A DNA stretch of 64,000 nt from Camelus dromedarius (lineage: Eukaryota), in assembly GCF_036321535.1 (NCBI RefSeq), contig NC_087437.1, positions 118,856,001 through 118,920,000 on the forward strand, in the 5' to 3' direction. A program made the position numbers and the translations under genes. Shown piece after piece: positions 26,201 through 35,567 of the stretch. Position 1 is the stretch's first letter; each line of letters opens with the position of its first letter. The notes beneath the pieces were generated by a model. It ran no database searches and was not told where the DNA came from. It worked only from the letters and a program-made list of their open reading frames with translations.

Positions 26201-29200
26201 GAGAAAGTATCTCCTGAGCAAAAGAGGGTAACCAGGTTACCATCCTTGATTTAGCAAAGAAAAGAAACCAGAGCCCTGCTGAATTTGCACCCCCTGTGGG
26301 GTTTCTCCATACTCTCGTCTGCTGAGGGGGAAAAGAACTCCAGATGTATAAAGGAAAACCTAAATGTTTTACAGAGTAAACAGTGGCGCCGCCTCGGGTC
26401 AGTGCTCTAGCTCTATCAGGGCCACGGATTCATAGCGCTGCCTGCTCCTGTTCCCGCCCAGCGAGCTGTGCCGCGTCCCTGACTGCACAGGGCGTCATGG
26501 TCGTTTCTGACTTTTGAAGGGCCTGCAGGGTATGGTATTCTATGAGGCAGGTTTTTGAAAATCCAATTTGATTTGCAAAATTTCCTGCTTGAATACCTGT
26601 TCAAGAATGTGTCTTACGCTAAGTTTCTGCAGTCACCGCCCGCTTTCTGACGTCATAGCCTGGCTGTATGCTCACCGTCTGGAGATGACTAAGGACAGTC
26701 ACCTTGGGATCTGTGTCTTTACTGCAATCCCTGATTCTATACCTATTTGAAAATCAGATGTGATTTTTTTCCCTGCCCGTCTGTATTTTCAGAAAGTGCA
26801 GAATGATCCTGTGTTTACAAAACCCCCCAAGGTTATATTTGTAAAATAACCCAGAGGCCCTCTTTCCTTCTGTAGGCTATGACGATATCTGTAAACAGAT
26901 CCAGCAATTTGAAAACCAGTATCGTGGCAGAGAGTTGCCGGGGTTTGTGAATTACAAGACGTTTGAGACCATCATCAAAAAGCAGGTGGAGATTCTGGAA
27001 GAGCCGGCTGTCGACATGCTGCACAGAGTAACTGGTGAGTTCTCGGTTTTGCTTTTAGGCGTCTTATTTCTAGGGCCGGGAAAGGGCAAAGTCAAGCCAG
27101 TGCCTCCTTTTGGGGGGTTTTCAGCAGCATCAACAACCCAGCCAGTTTTCCAGATGTCAGCTGGGAGTGCAACAGCTCGTTCCAGCTCTGCCCACGCAGA
27201 GTCAGCCCGGAGCCCACAGCGTCAGGGCTCAGGCCCCGAGACTGCCCACTGCAGGTGGCATCTGCACGGCCGCTGGCTCCTGTACTTCTGGTTGACCAGC
27301 TGTAAATCAGAGTCCCCCTGACCCCTTCCTTGGGCTTGATGATTTTCTAGAACAGCTCACAGGACTCGGGAACACGCTCGACTTCCCTTCACTGGCTTGT
27401 TGCAGAGGATTTGCTTCCTTTACCAGTTTATTATAAAGGATATTATAAAGTTCCAGATGAAAGAGATACATTGGGTGAGGTTTGGGCGGGTCCCAAGTGC
27501 AGTGCTTCTGTCCTGAGGAGTTGGGGGGAGCTCACCCTCTTGGCACATGGATGTGCTCAGCATTCTGGAAGCTCTCTGAACCCTGTCATTAAGGGCTTTT
27601 ATGGAGGCGACATCAATTTTTAACTCAATTCCCAGCCCCTCACCCACCCTCCGGAGGTTGGGGAGAAGGGGGAGGTCGGACTGAATCTTCCAGGCTGCTA
27701 ACCAGGGCTTGGTCCTTCTGGCGACCTGTCCCCATGCTGGAGCCCTCTAGCGCCACCGAGAGTCACCGCATTAGAACGAGAGATGCTCCTATCACCCAGG
27801 AAATTCTAGGGGACTTAGGAGCCTGTGCTGGGACCCAGGGACAAGGGCCGAGTGTGCTTCTTGTCCTGTGTCACCTCCCTCCACTCCGCTGCTGTGCGTA
27901 CTTCGCAGCCTCAGTGCACGCTGTTTCTTAAATCTCTGGGAAGTCAGGCTGACGATTAAACAGGTGCTCATTCTGGAAGTGTTTCTGAGGTTCTGAGGTG
28001 CTGTGTGGCCCTGGGGCGGTGTCCCTGCTGTCAGGTACGAGTAGGAAGCTGTGCCCCCCGCCTCCAGCAGAAACGCAGCAGCCCGCAGCGCTGACCGCGC
28101 CCTCCCCCTACGTGCTCTGCCCCTTGGTTTCCAAGGTCTCAGCCAGTCTCTTTTCTTTGTTGCCTCCTTGGCTGACACCTTTTTCGCTCAGGCTTCAACT
28201 GTCTCATTTTAGCGCTGAGTGACAGTCATAGTCATTCATAGATCCTGCAGCTAGTGGTGGGGACAGACCCGTAGCGGACCATTAGGAGGTGCATTTCTAG
28301 TAACAGTCTGCCTCTAGGCTTAAGAGCTGTGTAGCAAAATCTGCGGTTGTGTCGTGCTGACCAAGTGTGCATCCTTCATTCAGTCCTGAAGGAATTTGTA
28401 GCACTTCTCGGCTTCCAGTCACAGAAAACATGTCAAAACATTTGTATCTATATATACACACAGATACCTGCTTCTGTTTCGGAAAGCTGTGATGTGGTGT
28501 CGAAGATTTCCAAGCGCAAAGATACTGTCCATCAGACTGAGATAACATTCTGTGAGGAAGACAAATGGAAATAGGAGTTTCAAAAATAGAAAGAAATAAT
28601 GTAAACTTTCTGATTGAAATCAGACCTTGTTTGCGTATTTCTTTCAAATGAAGAACGTGGCCATTTTGATTCTATTGTTGTATTTAAAAGAGTGATGTGT
28701 TTTTCTATAAACAATTGATATATTTGTAATTTACCAGAAATTACACTCTTTGCCACTGTTTATACTTGAGTTAAAATGTTTTAATGCCAAGTAAATATGC
28801 TGGGGACATTTATGTTTTAAAATTCCTCCAGGGAGTTTTTGAGTAAAACATCTCAGCTTCCCCGTTTGGAGAGAAGGGAGGTTGGAGGGAGGCGGGCGGA
28901 GGGCGCTGCTCCTGCCGCTTCACCCTCTGACGTTTCTCACTCTCTGAAGCTCCCGACCCCTTAGCAATGCTTCTCTGTCTCTCTTTCACCAGATATAGTC
29001 CGGCTTGCCTTCACAAATGTTTCAGAAACACATTTTAACGAGTTTTTCAACCTCCACAGAACTGCCAAGGTAAAACCAACCTTACGTTATTTTTTTTAAT
29101 TAAAAAAAATGTAGGCCTGGCACTAGGGATGAGATTTCTTAGGTTAAGACTGTTGATTCTTTATCGCGTATTTGGAGAAAGAAATCGCGAAGCTCAGTAG

Positions 29201-32200
29201 TGACTCTAACGATGTGACCAGTGCGTCAAGAGAATCCACAAACAACATGTTGAATCACAGGAGCACGAGAGAGCCGTCCTGAGTGTAGAGCGTTGTCACG
29301 TCTGGAGAATGTGGCCCTGAGTGCGGAGGCCCACTGAGGCAGCCACGGGTAAACCTGCCATCCTTGTGGGGAGGGAGGTCAGCGGTGGAGCCTGTGCTTA
29401 GCCTGCATGCTGTCCTGGGTCAAACCCCAGTAACTCCCTTAAAAAATGTTTTTAAGTGATGTTTCAAGAATGAAGAAAGAGAGCAAAAGGGCAACGAGGC
29501 CCCCCTCCCCCGCCAATCAGCCCGGAGAGCTGAGCCGGCTGCCCTCGGAGCCTGGGTCCCTGGTCCTGCCTCGGGCACCACCGCACTTCCTCCTCCCCGT
29601 GCAGGGCCTGGCAGTGGCAGGCCCAGGTGCCGGCTGCCTTCCCACTGTCCCTCCCCCGGGGCAAGGGGGGCTGGAGGGAGAGCTCTCTGGTGTCTCTTCT
29701 TCCAGGGGCTGCATCCATTTTCAGGGCTCCTCTCTCACCGCCCAGACCCACCCACCCCCCAAGACCCCGCCTCCAGGTGCCCTCACACTGCAGATGAGGC
29801 TTTCAACACTGAAGTTGTGCCCCTAGCACCCAGCACCCAGCACCCCGCACTCTGGGGAAGACTGGCTCTGCCTTTCCCAAGCCGGAGCTCCTGGGGCCAC
29901 TTAACCTGCCTGGCCTGACGCTCCTCACCCCCAAAATGGGAGTAAGAATGACCTTCTTCCGTAGCCCTCCTACACTGCGGGTGGGAGTGCAGTTTGCTGC
30001 AGTCCTCCTGGGAAACAGTATGGACTTTCCATAAAAAAACAAAAACAGACTTACCCTGTGCTCCAGCCATCCCACTCCTGGGCGTATATCGAGAGGGAAC
30101 TCTAACTGGAAAAGATGCACGCACCCCAATGTTCACAGCAGCACTATTTACAACAGCTAAGACATGGAAGCAACCTAAATGTCCATTGACAGATAATGGA
30201 TAAAGAAGTTGGAATATAACTCAGCCACAAAAAATAATAAAATAATTTCATTTGTAATGACTTGGATTGTCATGGAAATTGTCTTACTAAGTGATGTAGG
30301 CCAGAAAGAGAGATAAAAATATCATATGATACCACTTATATGTGGAATCTAAAAAAATGAGACAAGTGAACTCATCTACAAAACAAAAACTGCCTCGCAA
30401 ACATAGAAAACAAAATTTTGGTTTCAGGTAGGGGTGGGAGGTGGGGGGAGAAATTGGGAGTTTAGCATTTGCAGTTACACACTAATATATATAAAACAGA
30501 TAGACAGCAAGGTCCTACTGTGTAGTACATGGAACTGTATTCAATACCTTGCAATAGCCCATAACAAAGAAGAGTATGAAAAGGAATGTGTATATTATAT
30601 ATATATATAACTGAATCACTGTGCTGTACACTAGAAATTAATACGACATTGTAAACCAACCATACTTCAATTAAAAAAAGAAGGCCTGCTTCAGCAGGAT
30701 GTACTGAACATAGAAGAAAAGGTTCAGGATGCACCTGGCGTCACACATCACCCTCGGTGGTACCCAGTGAAGTCCGGGGGTCCAGATACTTTCCGTGTGT
30801 AAGATTTCCTCCTGGCTCTCTGACAGCCACTTGCAGGGTAAGACTTAACTACTAGGAGCGTCAAGGGACGTGAAAACGGGACTAGGCGCAGGGCAATATG
30901 AATCAAAGGACATGGGAAGGACCAGGAGGAGGGAAACAGAGAGATGTGCAAAGATACTAGGGGAGAGGACCTGGTGAAAATTTTGATCTTGGACAAGAGC
31001 CTAGGTGAAGAAATAATGGGACAAGATTCTAAACCCCACTATGTGCTTAAGAGTCACCCTCGCCTCTGGCACTGTCATCCTCTCCTTCCTCAACTTCTTT
31101 TTCATCCTTCTTGATCACCTCCAGCTGGTAATCCCCTGATCTTCATTATCATCATTATCCAGTAAGTCCCCCTCCCCCAGAAGCATGAAACTTATGGAGT
31201 TTGCCTGATTTAAATCTGGCCCCCACTTATCCCTGTGAGCTCTCTGGTGGAAAAACACTCCTCCTCATCAGATGGAAAAGCCTGTAAAAGAGAAAACGAA
31301 GAGGCTAGAAATGAGACCTGAGAACAGAGCCCGTGCTGGTCCCGGGCCCTGGGGATGAGGGGTCTGGTCACCCGTGCGGCTCGGGCTCCCTGGGGAATTC
31401 TGACCTCCACCAGGGGCGGGAGTCCGCCTTGGAGAAGCCAGCCACGTCGGGCAGAAGTTGGCACCTGCTGGGGGTGGCGCTTACAAAGATTTATTTTCTT
31501 CCGACTGCTTGATTCATTCCAGAGGGAAATGTTGTCATGTTTCTCTTTCGCCGTAGTCCAAAGTTGAGGACATTAAATTAGATCTAGAAAATGAAGCTGA
31601 GAAGCTGATCCGATTACACTTCCAAATGGAGCAGATCGTCTACTGCCAGGACAAGGTGTACCGGGGTGCGCTGCAGAAGGCCAGGGAGAAGGAGGCCGAA
31701 GAAGAAAGGAAGAAAAAATTGCAGCCTTGGTCCTTTCAGCCGAGCCCCTCCATAGACCCCTCTATAGCAGAGATCTTTCAGCACCTGACCGCCTACCACG
31801 AGGTGAGTCGGCGAGTGTCTGAGAAAGGCGCTGTTCGCCTGTTCCCTTGTGTGTGAATGCCTCTCCCTTCATTCCTGTTGTCTGTGCAAGGGGACCACCA
31901 GCTCCACGGTTCAGTCCTTGGTGAACCTCCGAGGAAGCAGCTCCATCGGATAGATGAGAAGCCTGTGACTCGTGTCTGGTTTTGCTGGCTGTGTGGTCCT
32001 GGCCAAGTTGCTTAACCTCTCTGAGCCTCAGCTTTCTTCTCTGTAAAACGATGTCTCCGCTCAGGGTTCTTGTGGATCGTCAGTGAGAGGGGTATGAGGA
32101 AACCCGTCCAGCAGCACTGGAGCTCAGAGGCAGCTGGCCGCAGCGACACGTGCTTGGACAGCCACCCCGCATTTCACACGATGCGAAGGGCCCTCTCAGT

Positions 32201-35189
32201 CACCTCGGGGAAGGGTGCCCAGCTCAGAGCTGTGGGGATTTGCAAAAGTCTAGGCAGGAAAGATGTTATGTATTGATTTACTTCCTTATTCACTTATTTA
32301 TTCATTTAGATGGCAGTACTGGGGGTTTCCCCCAGGACCCCGTGCCTGCCAGGCACGGGCGTGCCCACTGAGCTCTACCCTCCCCACAACTGTCCATCTT
32401 TGTACGATGCTAAACCCACTGCCCCTCATTTCCTTTTTTTCCTTTTTTTATAATGCGATACAACATATATCACATGAAATTTACCATTTTAACTGTTTTC
32501 AGGTGTACGATTCAGTGGCCCTAAGCCCATCCACGCTGGCGAGCAACCATCACTACCAACCATCTCCAGAACTTTTTCATCTTCCCCAAATGAAACTCTG
32601 CTCCCACTGAACACCCATTCCCCACCCCCTGCCTGGCCGCTGGCACCCCATTCTGCCTTCTGCCTCTGAATTGTCCTGTTCTCCGTAGCTCATGTAACTA
32701 GATTCACAGTATTTGTCCTCTGGTGTCTGGCTTATTCTCTGCAGCATAATGTTCTCAAGGTTCATCCTTTCTGATCCCCTGAGAGGACACGTGTGGCAGG
32801 TGTCAGGGCTCCCTTCCTCTGCTGAAGGGGATGATACTCCATGGTGTGTATGTCCTGCATTTGTCCATCCATCCATCGGGCCACGGACACTAGCTCTGTC
32901 CCTACCTTTCGGCCCCTCAGGAATGAGGCTGCAGTGAACACGGGGCACAACTACCTGTGCTCCTGCCTCTCTGTGCAGACATTGGGTGCCTCTTCTTGTC
33001 TGTTCCAGTTTCAGTATGAAGTTTAGAGGTAGCTTGTCGAGTTCCTTATGAAACAAGGGAACTGTTGGCATCCTTACTGGGACGGCACTCAGTGCACAGG
33101 TCTGCACAGAAGAGTCGCCATCTTTGTGACTTTAGATGTTCCTGTCCAAGGAGATCGCGGGTCACCACGGGTGACCATGGATACGCTCCCTAGTTCACGT
33201 CAGCTGATGAGCGATCTCCGTCCCGCCTGCAGCTTCAGTTCCAAGAACGTCTTGAGTCTTCCCAGTTGTAAGAGCTCCTTCTGGGTGGCCTCCGAAGTGT
33301 TCTAGAGTTCTCTGCAGGAAGGCCGTGAACACGTCTCAAGTTTGCTCCTCCGCCTTGTCTCATCTCTGTCTCTAGTGTGCATGAGCCTTGTCCCGCGATG
33401 CGTCTTCTGCTTGTTGTTAGCAAGCGTGCTTTCTGTGTTTTGTCTGACTCTGTCACCCGCACTGACCCTCTTCCTGCTGGTGGTGGTTTTACAGCTGATT
33501 CTCCCGAGTTTGCCCAGCGAACACTCATCCTCTTGCAAATGGTGGTTTTACCCTCCTCTCCTCTTTCCATTTTTAGCTCAAACTTCCTTTTCTTGCCTCT
33601 GGTCTCTTCAGTGCAACTTAAAGCAGTATTGGACTAACAGCCATGCCTCGTCTCTGATGTTAGTGAGAACCCCACTCTCCTGCTGAGGACGGTCCTCACT
33701 GGCCACAGTCTAGGTGTCAGGCGGGCTCGATTCCTGATGGAGGCTGTCAGGGGGTGCCCGTTTCTTCACCTCGTCCAGCTCCTGCAGGCTGCCCGCATCC
33801 CTGGCTAGGAGCCCTCCTGCATCTTCTAAGGAAGCGCTGTTGCAGCCAACCCCCTATTTTCTAGGTTTTCTTCAGAGATTCTGTAGGGACAAGAGGAAGG
33901 GGCGACATGCTAAGGAAAGGGTTTGAGGTCTGTGATCAGCTCATGAACATTCTTCTGATTGGCTGGTGGTGAGGTACCTGGGAGTCAGCAGCGTCCACCT
34001 TCTGGCTCCATCCAGTCTGGGGTCTCCTTGCTGGTGGGCAGCATGCAGTTAACTTCTTCCGCCTGGTATGGGTTTTACTGTCTGTAAAACAGCTCAAAGG
34101 ACATGGCTCAGAATATGATCTGTAGCCTTTGAGGAGGAACTAAGGGCCCTTGACTTCGTTTAATGGCTAAATGATTATTATTTAACTTGCTTGACTATTT
34201 TCCTTTTTTTTTTTTTTTTTAATTCTTCTGGTAAAATTTATTCTTGGGTAAAGTTTTTTTTAACAGACAAGCCAGGCAGAGGACTTGAGGGGCTCTGTCC
34301 TGGGAAGGCCCCATGGGGTACTGCTCAGTTATAGGGAAGGAGACAGGAGAGGCTGAAACTGATTTTCAACACACGTAGAACTCAGAGGGCTCCCTTCTGT
34401 GGCCATTAATGACCGAGCCTCTTCCCTGCTAAATAATTTTAGCCTTGTTTTAAAAAAAGGGTCATAAAATCTTTGGAGTAGAGTTCTAAATAACTTGAAA
34501 CTGTAGTTTTTGTACTCTGTCCGTCTGTACTTTTTAGAGTACATTTTAACCTCTTCCATCAGAAGTGACCATTTAGAGGGGGAGGGTAGAGACCTCAGTG
34601 GCGGAGAGCATACTTAGCATGTGTGAGGTCCTGGGTTCACTCCCAGTAACTCCATCAAAAAAAAAGAAAGAAAGAAAGAAAGGGAGGAAGGAAGGAAGGA
34701 AGAAGAAAGAAAGAAAAAAGAAAAAGGAAAAGAAGGACTAAAGAAAAATAGTGATTTAGTAACTAGGAGAAGGTGGTTGGAGCACAGGGTTGGCGCTCAC
34801 CCCTGTGCCCAGAGCAGAGAGGATGCAGGCAGCTGTGAACCCAGGCGGGGACCTGCCGCCTGCCAGGTCGGGTCTGTCTCCAGGCCCTGTGGTGAAGTCA
34901 GGTGTCCAGGCTGCAGCGGCCCCTCACTTGCTATGAACTGTCCCTTCCTTCCTCCCAGGAGGTCAGCAACCGCATCTCCAGCCAGATCCCCTTGATCATC
35001 CAGTACTTTGTGCTGCGGTCGTTTGGCCAGCAGCTGCAGAAGGGCATGCTGCAGCTCCTGCAGAACAAGGACGAGTATGACTGGTTTCTGAAGGAGCGCA
35101 GCCACACCAGCGACAAGAGGAAGTTCCTGAAGGAGCGGCTGTCGCGGCTGACCCAGGCTCGGCGCCGGCTCGCCAAGTTCCCTGGGTAA
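8223..35189 (+). CDS. MX1: MX1 interferon-induced dynamin-like GTPase, complete spliced CDS (13 coding exons, 1986 nt, 661 aa)
   Basis: join(8223-8327,12512-12704,13780-13917,16420-16574,17218-17356,18953-19151,21370-21448,22925-23047,23416-23557,26876-27034,28993-29069,31557-31802,34959-35189). All introns GT-AG with consistent phases. Motifs G1 GDQSSGKS, G2 VTRCP, G3 DLPG, G4 [13 protein letters not shown] and C-terminal [10 protein letters not shown]. The short N-terminus and position next to TMPRSS2 indicate MX1 rather than MX2. Confidence 0.97.
9258..9450. mobile_element. MER5A-like hAT DNA transposon remnant
   Basis: ctcagagtgtggccccc...agcatcag...ctccaggggattct...taaagtttgagcagcact matches recalled MER5A pattern. 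Confidence 0.6.
10063..10560. mobile_element. Degenerate LTR-like remnant with an internal G-rich repeat
   Basis: tgttactgagaacagttg...tattgcaatagggggagaaagactgagctc resembles ERV1 LTR ends; boundaries approximate. Confidence 0.4.
10760..12460 (-). mobile_element. Old L1 remnants (ORF2 C-terminal and ORF1 fragments)
   Basis: Minus-strand translations [19 protein letters not shown] and [18 protein letters not shown] (ORF2-like), and [24 protein letters not shown] (ORF1-like). Confidence 0.75.
12512..12704 (+). CDS. MX1: MX1 coding exon 2 (P-loop GDQSSGKS)
   Basis: ccccag|GGG...AGCG|gtaag; [62 protein letters not shown]. Confidence 0.97.
13780..13917 (+). CDS. MX1: MX1 coding exon 3 (G2, IVTRCPL)
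   Basis: cctag|GT...CAAG|gtaag; 138 nt. Confidence 0.95.
14121..14298 (+). mobile_element. L1 3' end fragment with (GT)n(TA)n microsatellite at 14198-14234
   Basis: tattcaatac...tgaatca...gctatacaccagaaattaacacattgtaaattgactata is shared with other L1 3' ends in the window. Confidence 0.7.
15015..15470. mobile_element. MLT1-type (MaLR) LTR remnant
   Basis: gtatcagttagcccttgctgtgtaa...ggcttag...cctattagccaaagaaagtcacgtg is a typical MLT1 pattern. Confidence 0.6.
16420..16574 (+). CDS. MX1: MX1 coding exon 4 (G3, DLPG)
   Basis: ctccag|CC...CAG|gtgag; [21 protein letters not shown]. Confidence 0.97.
17218..17356 (+). CDS. MX1: MX1 coding exon 5
   Basis: caacag|ATC...ATAG|gtaag; [29 protein letters not shown]. 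Confidence 0.97.
17690..18045 (+). mobile_element. L1M 3' end remnant
   Basis: cagccttaaaaaggaagga...atggaccttgaagacattaggct...aattttatg. Confidence 0.6.
18490..18670. mobile_element. MER5-like hAT remnant
   Basis: gtttctcag...tgcatcagaaatcactggagaatttg...tctgcatt. Confidence 0.5.
18953..19151 (+). CDS. MX1: MX1 coding exon 6 (G4, TKPD)
   Basis: ctgcag|GA...TCAG|gtacg; [13 protein letters not shown]...[12 protein letters not shown]. Confidence 0.97.
20200..20740 (+). mobile_element. L1MB-like 3' end containing an exact 23-bp tandem duplication (20671-20716)
   Basis: aaaaggaaggaaattctgacacagg...ctcagtgaaataagccagtcacaaaa; ATGGTGGATTTTATGTTATGTAT twice. Confidence 0.7.
21370..21448 (+). CDS. 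MX1: MX1 coding exon 7
   Basis: ttgcag|G...TGT|gtaag; [26 protein letters not shown]. Confidence 0.96.
22925..23047 (+). CDS. MX1: MX1 coding exon 8
   Basis: tctcag|AAA...GAG|gtgag; [16 protein letters not shown]. Confidence 0.96.
23416..23557 (+). CDS. MX1: MX1 coding exon 9
   Basis: gacag|AAA...AAAG|gtgag; [17 protein letters not shown]...[10 protein letters not shown]. Confidence 0.95.
24630..26190 (+). mobile_element. L1 ORF2 3' portion and 3' UTR, interrupted by an MLT1 LTR (~25460-25820)
   Basis: ORF2-like [29 protein letters not shown] and [19 protein letters not shown]1 motif ttaagcaacagaagtttaatttctcataatgctggaggctggacgtccaagatcaag. Confidence 0.75.
26876..27034 (+). CDS. MX1: MX1 coding exon 10 (stalk loop L2, YRGRELPGF)
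   Basis: tgtag|GC...ACTG|gtgag; [20 protein letters not shown]. Confidence 0.97.
27100..27880. mobile_element. MER21-like LTR remnant
   Basis: ctagaacagctcacaggactcgggaa...ttattataaagga...ctcctatcacccaggaaattc; homologous to 56130-57055. Confidence 0.65.
28993..29069 (+). CDS. MX1: MX1 coding exon 11
   Basis: caccag|AT...AAG|gtaaa; [25 protein letters not shown]. Confidence 0.95.
29965..30680 (+). mobile_element. 5'-truncated lineage-specific L1 3' end inserted in a MIR remnant
   Basis: [23 protein letters not shown] (ORF2 C-terminus), 3' UTR and poly(A); homologous to 54959-55536. Confidence 0.85.
31557..31802 (+). CDS. MX1: MX1 coding exon 12 (contains loop L4)
   Basis: ccgtag|TCC...GAG|gtgag; [13 protein letters not shown]...[11 protein letters not shown]; 246 nt. 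Confidence 0.97.
32270..32385 (-). mobile_element. tRNA-derived SINE (Vic-1-like)
   Basis: Reverse complement reads ggggagggtagagctcagtggg...ggtcctggg...ccccagtact, with an A-rich tail. Confidence 0.7.
32430..32960 (-). mobile_element. L1M 3' end remnant
   Basis: aaatttaccattttaac...gtctggcttatt...agcataatgttctcaaggttcatcc. Confidence 0.65.
33838..34333 (-). mobile_element. ERV1-class LTR remnant in the last MX1 intron
   Basis: Reverse complement starts tataactgagcagtacccc...ggccttcccaggacag (LTR-like 5' end) and has CCAAT at ~33958-33962; no TSD found. Confidence 0.6.
34578..34750 (+). mobile_element. tRNA-derived SINE (Vic-1-like) with a (GAAA)n/(GGAA)n tail
   Basis: gggggagggtagag..ctcagtgg...cttagcatg...gaggtcctgggttca. 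Confidence 0.8.
34959..35189 (+). CDS. MX1: MX1 terminal coding exon (GED/BSE)
   Basis: tcccag|GAG...[19 protein letters not shown]...[10 protein letters not shown]. Confidence 0.97.
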   Translation, partial: EVSNRISSQIPLIIQYFVLRSFGQQLQKGMLQLLQNKDEYDWFLKERSHTSDKRKFLKERLSRLTQARRRLAKFPG

Positions 35190-35561
35190 ACCGGCCCTCC
35201 GGCCCGTCCAGGGTCTCCAGGACACATCCCTAGGGAGCGGAGGACCAACGTCTTTCCCTGGTAGCCTCGCATCATTAGCAACCCATTTCACAGATGCCTG
35301 AGCGACTAGTAGGTTCTCTGCTCTTAGCGAGTGAGGACTTTGTAAGGAGCTGTGACGAGCAGGTGGGCTTCAGGCATCCAGCGATTTTCTTGTTTGCTCT
35401 TCCCCTTCCCTCAACTCTCTCCCTTTCTTCATCAGATACTCACCCACGCACCAGCATCCTAGACGGGTCTTCCTGCTTTCTGTAATAGCCTTTCACACCG
35501 ACGTTTTAGGGGCATTAGTGCCACGTGTGACTGCACACCGAAGCCTGTTTCTTCAATTTTT

Positions 35562-35567
35562 AATAAA
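35562..35567 (+). terminator. MX1: MX1 polyadenylation signal
   Basis: AATAAA ~370 nt after the stop, followed by T/GT-rich sequence. Confidence 0.8.

Noticed and set aside
8223..35189. Possibility that the Mx gene is MX2 or a pseudogene
   Set aside because: Short N-terminus, MX1-type C-terminus, adjacency to TMPRSS2, and an intact frame across all 13 exons
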